Source: Zygophlyctis sp. KS116 | Taxonomy: Eukaryota; Fungi; Chytridiomycota | Length of the DNA: 17,396 bases | Direction of reading: 5' to 3' | Assembly: GCA_054661495.1 (NCBI GenBank) | Contig: BAAFSQ010000210.1 | Location: forward strand, 1-17,396 | In this document: piece after piece, positions 1 through 11,590 of the stretch | Position numbering within the stretch: the first letter of the stretch is position 1 | How the letters are laid out: each line of letters begins with the position of its first letter | Program-made: the position numbers and the translations under genes | The notes under the pieces: model-generated | Seen by the model: the letters and a program-made list of their open reading frames with translations, nothing else | Databases searched by the model: none | What the model was told of the DNA's origin: nothing

Positions 1-2
1 TT

Positions 3-3000
3 AGCATTGAAGAATTGTCAGCTAAATTTGGAACATGCGTCAATTTTAAAAAGCCATTGCTTTCTACTGGTCTTTCTCCTCTAGCGGCAAAAGAGAAATT
101 GGCATCTCATGGCTACAATACATTCAAAATGACTGTACAAATTCCCTGGTATTACCAGCTGTTGGAATGCTTCACAAATATATTTAACTTGGTGCTATTG
201 TTTGCCTCTTTGGTTTTCTTTTTTTTCTACTTGATAAATCCGATGGATAACTTTCAAAACGTACAGTAGATCAACTAAATTGAATAGGTATATATAGGTG
301 GTACGATGCTAGCGATCTCCTTTATCAATACTGGAATTGAATTCTATGAATTAAGAAAAATAGCTGGATTATTGAGTTCGATTATCGTATACTTTCATTA
401 TTAATAATAGGACTCTGTAACTATTGAAGCAGCTGTCATACGAGGAGGAGAAATTATGAAAATCCCTTCAAAGGAATTGGTTCCTGGTGATATTATTAAA
501 TTGTCCCCTGGAGTTAAATTAGTAGCTGACATTGTTCTTTTACATTCAATGGACATAAAAGTGGATATGTCGAGTTTGACTGGTGAAGTTCTTCCCTTGG
601 ACAAAAAAGTGGTAGAAGTTGGTTCAAAAAATGTCGAGGAGGCGTATGAGAGCTCTAATATGTTATTTTCTAGCAATATAATTGTGTCGGGAGAGGGGCT
701 TGGGATTGTTACTAGAACAGGGCATGAGACATTGGCCAATCAAATCAATACAATAAGCTCAAAAGAGACAAGAAAGCGATCGCCTCTTTCAGTAGAAATT
801 AGGGAATTCTGTAAGCACATTTCACTGATTGCTACAATCATTGCTTTTATATTCTTTATTGTTGCTGTTATAAGAGGGCGAAACTTTAATTATGCCTCAA
901 CTTTCGCTATTGGGATTATTTTAGCATGGATACCGCAAGGTCTTCCATTGACAGTTACTTTTATTTTGGCCGTTTCGGGACGAAGAATGCTGAACAAAAA
1001 TGTCGTTGTCAAAGATTTACACGGGATTGAAACTCTAGGAGCAATAACGCTTCTTGGTAGATTTTATTGCTTTTTCTTAACTCATAGCAACGGATAAAAC
1101 GGGTACGCTTACAAAAAATACAATGGAAATATCGGAAATCTGGGTTAATGAGGGACATTTTGTGGTTGGAAACGGTGGCAAATATTCTGAAACAAATAAT
1201 GTTCGATTAGATATTCCTAGTATAGCTCAGATTTTACATATCAGTGCAACTTGTACGCGGTAATCAATTAATACCTTAAATAAAGTGCGCAGATACAAAA
1301 GCTACCTGATAACAGCTTGAAGTAAGATATAAACAATAATTAATAATAGAGCAATAGGAAGTCCTACCGAGGAAGCCTTGCTGCAGTTCGCCGCAAAAAA
1401 ACTGAAGAACATTGAAAAGCTTAATGATTTATTTCCAAAAGTTTTTGAAGTTCCTTTTTCTTCTGATACTAAATATCACTTATCAATTCACAGAAAAGCT
1501 CACTCGGAAGGGGGGCTAACTTTACATATGAAAGGAGCACCAGAAGTTATCTGGAAGCTTTGTTCAAAAATTCTAAGAAACGGAAAAGCTGAAAAAATCA
1601 CGGATTTTGATGTTAAAAATGTCGATGATTCAGCCACGAAAATGGCCAACAAGGGATATAGATTGATATCTTTTGCAGTCTTGAATTTGCCAGGAGAAAA
1701 ATATCCTGACAACTTTCGCTTTAGCTTTGAAAAAAGAAATTTTCCAGCGGTAATGAACAAACCTTTAATCGAAGAGCAATTTGACTTTTGTTGGTATGGT
1801 GGGACTATTTGATCCCCCGAAGGAAGGGGTTGCAGATGCCATTTCACAAATTAAAAGCGCAGGGATTAAGGTTGTTGTGATTACGGGCGATCATTCACGA
1901 ACTGCTGCGGTAAATTATCTTTTTTAATAATCCAAGAGCCTTTCTCGTTCGGTGAATATAATCTCTGACCTAAGTCCAAGATTGATTTCAGAACAACTTG
2001 ATCAACCTATTAATAGACCGGAAGGAAAAAAATCGGCCCTTATTATAGAGGGTAATGCTTTAAGTCATTTATCCGATGACGATTGGCTCAATATATTTCT
2101 GCACGAGGAAATCATCTTTTCTAGAACTTTACCCTCTCAAAAGCTTGAAATAGTTAAACGAGCACAAGCGTTGGGTCATATTGTGGCCGTTACTGGTGAT
2201 GGATTTAATGATAGCCCCGCTTTAAAGAAGGCTGATATTGGTATTGCCATGAATAAATCAGGAAGTGATATAAGTAAAGAATCATCAGTATTTTTAAACT
2301 CATTTAATTGTAAGGGTATGATTCTATTGGACGATAATTTTGCGACTGCTGTATCAGGAATATATGAAGGTATAATTGATTTATTAAAATCAGGACGATT
2401 AGTGTTTATAAATCTGAAAAAAGCAATACAGTACACATTAACTCACTTGGTGGCAGAAGCTATCCCCTACATATTATTTGTTATCATTCCAATACCACTA
2501 ACAATGACATCAACTCAAATTTTGACAATAGATTTAGGGTTTGAACTGCTCTTCACCCTGTCATTTGGATGGGAACCAGCAGAAGATCCTGCCAAAGTGT
2601 TACGATCTGCGCCTAGAAAGCCAATAACGAATGAAACCGCAATAATGAATCATATAATAAACCAGGAAATTAAAGAAAGGACTAACACTTTGAAAAGTAA
2701 TGCAGCCTTAAATCTAAATGGCGATTCAACTTTATTACTGAACGATTCTTATGAAAACCTTAACGTGAAGCATTATAATGTAGATGAATCTCAAAGAGCA
2801 AAGTTAAGAAAATATTGGAAAGAAGCAAAACGATTCTTTTCAGACAGGCAATATTGGACTTCTTTTGGTAGTTCAGTCAAACATATTGTTACAACAGCAA
2901 CAGAAGAAAGGCTTGTAGATTCAAGAGTATTAAGTTGGGCTTATCTGGAAGGAGGAGTGATAGAATGTGCAGGCGCTTTATGTACTTTTTTTACAGTTCT

Positions 3001-3610
3001 TTGGTTGGAATTCGGCATTAGCCCGACGATTGCGAGAAACGGCCAAATTTACGGAGGAATCCATTGGAAGCCTCATAGTCCTGATTTGATTACAGAAGAT
3101 GGTACCGCAATTGTAAGACGATATTTTACAAATTATTTTTAGCCGGGGGAAATCCAATTTGAAGCGCTCAAGCAGGCCCAAAGTTCATTTTACTTGTCAA
3201 TATTAATAATTCAGCTGTTCAATCTAGTGGCATGTAAAGCTCGTGATCACTTTCCTATCGGAAGATTTATATTTAGGTATTGGTAATTGATTTACAATTA
3301 GGAATGAAAAAACTTGGCTTGCCATGTTTTCTGGGACTGCATTTGGAATTTTGATTGTTTACACACCTGCAGCAAATAGTAAGAAATAATCATAATTAAA
3401 AATAGCAATTTTTCACACTTCGATGTTTTTAAATCCAGTATATTTACTAATTCCTATCAGCTTTGGAACAATATTATTGCTCTCTTCGGCATTGGATTAT
3501 TATATTCGAATTATATGTATAATTTAGATAGAAATTAAGAATTAGATTCCAAAAAGAGAAAGCTGCCCATCCAGGATCCTATTATATTATCAGAAATAGC
3601 AAAAGAATAA
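3..3610 (+). CDS. P-type ATPase, type IIC-like (Na+/K+- or H+/K+-ATPase alpha family, fungal branch); 5' end lies outside the window
   Basis: Introns 261-287, 387-410, 1057-1087, 1260-1285, 1322-1349, 1750-1774, 1910-1936, 2288-2314, 2370-2393, 3113-3142, 3277-3301, 3379-3405, 3517-3545 give one frame of 1086 codons. Motifs: SSLTGE (A domain), DKTGTLT (DKTGT at 1093-1107), KGAPE, DPPK, TGDH, GDGFNDSPALKKADIG, MILLDDNF, EGRLVFINLKKAIQY, IDLGFE. The last intron is less certain; without it the stop is TAG at 3525-3527. Confidence 0.93.
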
Positions 3611-3611
3611 A

Positions 3612-6600
3612 TCAAACTTTATCACGTCGTTTTTCAAGCAGTTGATTAAACCATCTTCTTTCAGATTCTTTACCTTCCGCACTTAATTTAGTATCCATTT
3701 CAAATAGAAGACGAAGAAGTCTCATCACACATTCTTTGTCCCGTCCACTTTGTATCCCCATTTCACATTCTCGTTTCAGACGCTGAATATCGGTTCCCAG
3801 TCGTGATAAAACTGTTTTGATATCTAAATAACGATTTGATTCCAATGCAGTCTTGTCCATCCCAATCCCCTCTCCATCGGCGTGAAAAAATTCTAATAAA
3901 AGCTTTAGCATTTGTAACACCAACGAGACTTGACGAGGATTAGGAATGTGTCGATCTTTTTCAATGGGTCCAAACATTGGTGGTATTAATAGATGTTCAA
4001 TAATTATTAGGAGATCATCCCATATCATTTTAATTGTTTCTTGAGCCATTTTAGCGGATAATCTTTCACATAGCACTTCGAAGTTTTTATTGAAATAATC
4101 CAATAGAGGTGAAATTGAGAGGGCGACATCATACTCCGATATATTTTTGTTGATTGATTCTCCTGAGAGGGTTTTATCGGAAAATTGTGCAGTGGCAGTA
4201 AATTGAGAGAAAAATGACTCAGACGGAATTGGAGCAGCTTCTTCTTTTTTGAAGGCATTCAAAATTACTTCCTTAGAAAAGGGCGATACCTAAAAATAAG
4301 ATTAATGGTATGAACCTTGGCTGCAATTATTCGCAATAAGTCTTGTCTTGTACGACGAAAGGTGCCTCTGCATTTACGGAACCAGAAATCTATATCTTCA
4401 ACTTCACCCTCATGGGTCAACCGTAAAAATATACGACCTTGTGGTGTCAAGTCCATACTGATATTATGCGTTTGATGATCAGAAAGTCTATTACGAATCG
4501 GGCTCCCAGCTTCCAGATTAATAATGCCAAGACCAATCGAGTCATCAGAAGTTAGTAAATTCTTGGAATAAACATGTATATCTAGCCTTTCAGACGGACT
4601 TACCAGTATTTCAAAAGTTTCATCCCATGTAGGATTTAATGTGTCATACACAACCCGAGTTCGTAGCAGCTCATTTTTATTCCCTAAGAAATATGCTATT
4701 GGGTAAGATGCTAGGTTGCCAGAATCTTCAGATATCTTATCGTTTTCAGGATATTGTATAATAATATATGGATTTGAAGATCCGGCGCTAGAGCTCGCTT
4801 GGATATTTTCAGCTCTTATGACTTGAAACTTAAGAGTACCCGCAAACTGAGCCGCAAAACTAGTTGGAGTACGTTGCGATATCGTTTTACCCCTGAGGGT
4901 TTCTTTGACTTTTGTTACATTCATTAATTGAGAGAGTTCGTCTAATTTTCTAAAACCGTACTCCATGTTGGATAATTTCGTACAAAACTACACCATCAAC
5001 GAAATATAACATACCGCAAGTGGAATATCTTGTGTCTTTTCTGGGACCTTACCCCCAGATATCGCTAGCTCTTTGGCTTTTGCCGACATTTCCAGAATTT
5101 CCTGCCAGCCAATGATACCAGCAGTTGTAGAAGATTGTAATTCACTTTCGAGAATAACTTGAGAGTAATGTTCCATGGCCTTGCTGATGATTTTAGCAAA
5201 AGTTTGAAGAAATTTTGCATTTTGCGTGGGATCATGCCATTTCAGGTCTGCAATAAAATCCAATTGTTGGTAGATCGCTGATATAATATCTCTTATAGAT
5301 GAAGAATGCTCAAGTTGAGATGTTCCAGATGAAAGAATAGTCTCAAATTTGTCTTCCTTAATTGCATTTCCTACCCATTCGACGGTCAATACTTCCAAAT
5401 GATTCAGCCACATTTCAATAAATGGAAGAAACCATCGCTCAATATCTACAAGGTTTTCTGTATTTGAAGAACTCTTTTTACTAATATAATGAGATAAACG
5501 ATACCATACCCTCCTCCGCATATTTGATCATATTTATTCTCTAAAGCTCTGACTTTTTCATACAGTGAAAAAACCAGCTGAGATAGATTCTTTACAGTTG
5601 ATTCCAAAACAAATGTTTGGTGCCTCGATTCAATTATTTGGCATATGTTTTTAAGATATATGTCAGTGGTGAGCCGTACAACATCAAATTCCCTATAAAT
5701 CAGATTCTAATCAAATACTTTATAAAAGGCTTCTTAAAATATTCATTATCATTTGTTATCTCATCATTGATCATATCAGTAAATTTGCATAAACCTTCAA
5801 GAACATCTTTCAAGTTGCCTTCATCAAATGGAGCTGTTAGCTCCTGGAATCGTTCAAAACGACCCACCATAGCGTCATTGACAATACCTTTCAGATGCAA
5901 CGTGAAACTAGAGCTAAACTTTGGGTGATCCGCTTTAAAAATGAGATTTTTGTAAATCAGCCTCATCAACAGAATAGTATGACTTAACGCTTCAGGAGGC
6001 TGATTCTTTGGAAAGTAATCATTATATTTCTTGAGCTGAATTTCCAAATGCGCATAAATCGAATTTAATAATGACCGAATCAATGGTTCCTTCGTTTATA
6101 AAGCAAAAACATACATCATCTTTAAGAGCCCATCTGGAGTCCTTCATTTTCTCGCGCATAAAACTGTAAGATTCCAATAGAACCTCTAAAACCAATTTAT
6201 CAGCCTTATATTCTTCAAATACTGCATTAATCAGCCCGCAGATCTGAGAGCATTCTGATAATTTCCATTTTTTATTTAAAGAGGTAACTAAAGCCTTTGA
6301 TTCAGTCGAAAGTAATTTTTCAATCGAATAATATCTTCCACCCTTACTAGAATTTGTACGGATATCCAAGTTTAACAATGATCGCAGCAAGCATTTGAAA
6401 AGAGCCCCAGAATGTAAGCCACTCGAATAAATTTTATCCTCGATATTCTGAGGGGTGCGTGGAGTTTCGATCTAGAGTAATTTAAAGTATAAAAAATACA
6501 TAATGCTCACTACATATATCAACGTACATCTCTCCACCAACATATTTGCTTTTCTGTTTTGGATGCTTTTCTAACGGATACCAGCCGGAAATGCGCCTAT

Positions 6601-7809
6601 CAGAATCTAAATAATCGAGAATTGTTGCCGCAGTTAACAACACACGTCCCAGAAAGTGGCCCTTATTATCATCCCAAAGTTCTAAATTAATCTTATCATC
6701 CAAAGTTCTTATTTTCAAATTAACATGTTGATTCCAGTAAGGATTATTATTCCCCCTGATAATGTCTGTAGAAAACGTCTCAACTGCATCTTTGTCCTTT
6801 GAGCGATCAATATTTCCAACTTGAATCTGACAAACAGGATCTCTTAAACATTTGTCTTTTGTTGTCAAGCCTCTAGCTTCGACTATTTTCACTTTCAATT
6901 TAACCGGAAGAGATCTTGATGCAGTCCGAGATGCATTTCCCCTTGAGAGTGAGATATATTTTTTCGTCAAAATCTGAACAAGGACATCTTGTAATTTCAT
7001 TCCTATAGACTGCTCCCAAAAGTAAAATCCGTCTGGACTATCAAAATCATCCGGAACTGGAGTAACATATGGATCGGCTTTTAAAGTAGTACAAACGGCA
7101 TGTACGTATCTTGAGTCGATGATCTAAAGTTTAGTAATTAAAAACCTTTACAGTCTCATCATCAATAGTCTGTAACGGAGATACTAAATCAGTTGCACTT
7201 TTTAAGGCCCTTGAGCCCTCCTCTCTTGCAGCAACTACTTCCTTCATTTCCAGCTTTTCAAAGTCTCTCTTCTTCTTCTCGGCCCTTTCCTTGTTCACCT
7301 TTATTTTGATTTGGTCCTTGAAATCATTTAGATTTTCTTACCTCTTGATGAAGAGATGGATGCGACCTTGGTGGCACAATATTTTGGGAAGGCTGTTCCC
7401 TAAATCCCGATAAATTAGGACGTGATAACTCCTGAGACTTTCCTACTGACCTACCAACGGGCATATGCTCTCTTGGAGGTATTTTATTTGGAATATCATA
7501 GTCTTTTTTAGAATAGCCTTCACTTGATCTAGTACTTTCTTGAGCTACAGCACTTTGAGTTGAAGTCTTCTTCCTTGATCTATAGCCCTCTGGCGTTTTT
7601 TCAATCATTGAATCTATATTGTCCACCAAGGAATCTAAATTAAAAGTAGAACTATTTCCTGCTCTTTTACTTGGCACATTTGCTTCAAAAGAGTCCAAAT
7701 CATTGAGCATATCATCATAGTTTATTTTTCGCTCATACATCCCAGTCTCTGGATTTCTCTTGACTCCTCTATGACGACTAAAATTATATAAACTTTATTA
7801 CTCTGTCAT
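3612..7809 (-). CDS. Unc13/Munc13-family protein (C2 - MUN/MHD1 - C2 - MHD2), about 1319 aa
   Basis: Introns 7778-7801, 7317-7341, 7124-7151, 6472-6499, 6090-6114, 5693-5718, 5481-5509, 4988-5014, 4290-4315 give 1320 codons. C2 domains [30 protein letters not shown] and [27 protein letters not shown]; MHD1-like [29 protein letters not shown]; MHD2-like [24 protein letters not shown]. The start may instead be ATG 7740. Confidence 0.85.
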
Positions 7810-8723
7810 TTAACGGTAAACAGTATACGGGAGAAATTTCTTTTAACCCGCCAAAACCCAAGAGCGACAGCCCTGCCAATCCAAAAAGCGTATGAAACAC
7901 ATCAGGAAAGTTACCTGGACAATCAGCAATTCCTCCATTTTCATTTTGAGACGAGAGAATAAAATCATTAAGACTAGATTTATCAATAAAATCAACTGCA
8001 TCAATCATTGCCAATGAAGATAAAACCCACCAAGAGTAACAAACCTATTTTTAATTATAAAAATATTACATCTTGTTTCTTTTCAGGTCTTCCATTTAAA
8101 CCACCACAAGGCAATTGCCTTTCTGCCAACCATTCTGACAATTCTTTTTTTTCTATTAAATCTTGTCTATTTAAAATAGTAAGAGCCCCAACACAACAAA
8201 ACACTTGTCCTGCATGACTTTCAGCACCTGGCATACTCCCATAACCACCATCAAAATTTCTACAAGACTGAATATACTCTAGAGTTTTTAAAACACTTTT
8301 AAATTGATTCATAGATCCTAATAACTTTAGTCCACTTATTGCACAATAAACAAATCTAGTATCTTCTTCTCCCCATATATCTCCAGCAAACGATCCATTT
8401 TCCTCATTGTATAAATTTAGAATATAATTTGTCGTTGTAACTCTAATTTCTTCCAATGACCAACCACATAAAATATAAATTTGAATAGCAGAGAGAGTAA
8501 ATAGCAAATGAGAATCATGCCCCGGAGATCCTCCAAATCCCCCATCCGAATTTAAACAATTCTTTACAAACTCTTTACTCTTTTCTAAATCTTGTAGATG
8601 TAATTGCCCCAACAAATCTAAACTAGACAGTCCCCAATATAATGCATTTAATCTCAAGTGATCGTATAGTACTGTATCCTCTTTATCTAAATCAAGAATG
8701 AATTTGACATGATTTGTATTCAT
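7784..8723 (-). CDS. BET2: Rab geranylgeranyltransferase (GGTase II) beta subunit
   Basis: One intron 8045-8069. [64 protein letters not shown]|VCYSWW (Zn ligands D and C), [16 protein letters not shown]. An in-frame upstream ATG exists at 8762. Confidence 0.95.
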
Positions 8724-8758
8724 GAATATTTTTAATTGTAATTTATAGAAATTCAAAA

Positions 8759-9006
8759 TCATAATTTAGTAGAGTCTTTTCCTATATGAGAATGCACTAG
8801 AGAGACTGCTAAATCCAAACAGACTTCGCCCAAGTTGAGAAACTGCCCAAGGATCCATTTGATTCCTGCATTTTCGACTGGGATGGGGAATTGATCTAGA
8901 ATTAATAAGAATAAATACCAATGTTTGATGCTCTTCTTATTCCTGCTAATGCAGTAGAAGTAATAATGAGATCTGTAGTTAATGGAATTAATCTCATGGA
9001 CGTCAT
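8759..9006 (-). CDS. Small DUF1748-family protein (yeast YIL156W-B/Mco8-like), 74 aa; not in the ORF track
   Basis: Exons 9006-8919 and 8895-8759, 23-nt intron 8896-8918 (gtatttattcttattaattctag). Product MTSMRLIPLTTDLIITSTALAGIRRASNIDQFPIPVENAGIKWILGQFLNLGEVCLDLAVSLVHSHIGKDSTKL matches the pattern D..l.S..LAG.rR...yL..GE...D that I recall for DUF1748. Confidence 0.8.
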
Positions 9007-9141
9007 TCTATTGTCTAGATCTTTTCAGTTTTGATGTTTCATGGATGCATGACTAATGGATGGATAGAAAGAGGAATGGACAATCAGTTTGTCAAAAACT
9101 CAAAGAGAATTCTCTAGTGAAACAAGAAATTTTTTAGAAAA
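9007..9141. promoter_or_regulatory. Putative 135-bp bidirectional promoter between two divergent gene runs
   Basis: Only non-coding interval between ATG 9006 (-) and ATG 9142 (+). Positional inference only; contains several ATGGA motifs (9041-9080). Confidence 0.5.
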
Positions 9142-11576
9142 ATGAATAGTCTAGTCTCAATTATTTATGAAACTGGGGCTCTAGTAGGAGTAGTGGTATT
9201 TATCGTTGGAACTCTAAAGACTCTGTTGGAAGATAATGCAAAGGTTGATAGATGCAAGAGGAAGGAATCTATTACCAGGAAAAAGAGGTTTCTACTAAAT
9301 AATACTGCTGTTCAAGATGCTTCAAGTGCACAAGATAATGCCAAATTAAGACATAAGGACTCAATGGAGCATTATACCATTGAGAAGATGTATGATAAAA
9401 ATATTTCTTTAATGCAGTCGGAATCATGTCAAAATAAAGGGGAAACAAAAGTGGTTGAAAATGATTCGAAAATTGATAATGATTCAAAATCATTCTTTTC
9501 AGATGTATTAGACTCTTTAGAAAATAATTCAATTGATTTTTATTTGCCAAAGCAATTCCAGATAATGCCAAAGATTAGTGGTAAAGAGGACAATAATAGC
9601 TCTATAAAGGATGAAGAATTCAGAAAAGACCTGTTTGATTTAATTCAAGAGAAAAAGGCTGATTTTTCAATGAAGAATTTGACAAATTTGTCTACAGGGG
9701 TTTTAAGTCTTTTGGACAATATTTGTTGGTTAAATCTCTCTCATAATTTGATCAAGAGTCTACCAGAAGACTTTGGAAGATTTGAAAATTTGGTTGAGCT
9801 TGATTTTAAGAAGAATTTGATTCAAAAACTTCCAAATTCATTTAAAAATTTGAAAAGATTGCAAGTTTTAGATTTATCGTGTAATAATTTACAGGATTTA
9901 GGTAAAGTTTTGGAGCTTAAAAGTAGATGATCACATTTTTGAAGGAATGAAGTCTCTGGAATCTTTGGATCTTTCTTCAAATAAGTTGAAACGTATACCA
10001 TTGTCAATTGGATTATGCTACAAGTCACTTTCTAATCTTTTATTAGATGGAAATCCACTAAATTCTGATTTCGCTATGCTTTGGAGTCAAATATCATTTG
10101 TCAAATCAAGTAGTGCCTCTGATAGCGTATCTCATCATTCAAAAAGAAGTTCTAAAAGTTCTTTTGATGATTATTTAAATTCTAGACTTAAAGGTACGTT
10201 TTTAATATTTGATTCAAGAGTCTTCCTCAAAAGGTTTCAAGATTGCAAGGAAACCGAATGTTGGTTCAATTAAATCTCATTCAAGAAGTCAGAGTACCAG
10301 TACATGTTCACAGTCAGTCTATTTATCTAAAAGGCTCTTGATTTTGAGAGATATGTTTGATCTTTATTATGATATGAATGATGAGAGTTTAAAAAATATT
10401 TCTGGGACAGAAGACATTAAAAAACAAAATACTCCTTCATTGTCCAAACGAAAAAAAATAGTAGCAGAAATAATTTCAACCGAAGAAACTTATGTGAACC
10501 AATTGGAGATTCTAATGAACATTTACGTCAGACCACTTCGCGCCTTAGATATTCTACCTAAAGAAGCTTACGAAAAGTTATTTTCAAACGTAGAAGGGAT
10601 ATATCTTTTGCACAAAATGTAATGTTTTTACTGATTTATCGATAGGAAATTCTTGCCAAAATTGTCGAAAAACCGAGAAAATATTGGCGAGGTTCTTTTA
10701 GGCCTAGCTCCTTTTTTCAAGCTGTATGAAACATATTGTACAAACTTTGATCGAGCAAATGAAATTTGTATTGAATTAGAAAAACCAGATGTCTCTAAAT
10801 TAACCTCAAAGTTTCTTCCCAAATCCTCCATTAAGCGGCTTGCAAACCTCCTTAAAATGGCGAAATCTCATCCACAGCACACACAACTGAATCTGCAAAG
10901 TTACTTAATATTACCTATTCAAAGGCTTCCTCGTTATAAATTATTACTTAGTGAATTGCTCGATGCCTCAAATACAGATCATGACAATTTTTCAACTTTA
11001 TCAAAGGCCAAGGAGTTTATTGATAGCCAAATCATTCTACTTAACGAAAGAAAACGCTTTAAGCAAGACATGGAAGATATCCAAGGCGCTTTAACAAAGA
11101 TAACAATACATTCCGAGTCTTTACAGGAAGCTACTTCAAAAATCACAAATAATGCGGGAATGTTTATTTGTAAAGGTGAATTAAATGTTTTATCGCTAAT
11201 TGAACGCATATCATTCCCTCCCACTAACTTATTGGACATTTCAAAAGCCTGTGAAAAAGAACGATATACACAAAAAACGTTTGTTGGTGTTATTGAATCG
11301 TTATTCGGAATATCATCTACTAAAATAACCACTGAAGAATATTCTAATTCTGGAAAGCCGTTTTATTTTTTCAAATTCAAAAATCTGTTGATTTGGTGCC
11401 ACTTGAGGACGGATAACTATGGAAGGAATGAATATTTAGCGGCCATTAATATCGAAGATGAGGAGATCATTGAATTAAATGATGATTCCTCGCTGCTCCG
11501 TATCAAAGGAGATGGTTGTATATTGTATTTGGAGGCATCCATGTCCGAACTAAAAAAATGGCGTAAATGGAGATAA
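9142..11576 (+). CDS. LRR + RhoGEF (DH) + PH-like protein with hydrophobic N-terminus, about 785 aa
   Basis: Introns 9902-9926, 10194-10218, 10619-10645 give 786 codons. LRRs LNLSHNLIKSLP, LDFKKNLIQKLP, LDLSCNNLQDL, LDLSSNKLKRIP, LLLDGNPL; DH motifs RKKIVAEIISTEETYVNQL and LQSYLILPIQRLPRYKLLLSELL; PH-like tail (PFYFFKFKNLLIWC..ELKKW). Confidence 0.9.
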
Positions 11577-11590
11577 TTTTCAAGTTAAAA

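Noticed and set aside
9902-9944. Two alternative 22-nt introns (9902-9923 or 9923-9944) in the LRR region
   Set aside because: Both keep frame, but 9902-9926 gives a canonical 24-aa LRR (LQDLDDHIFEGM) and typical branch-point spacing.
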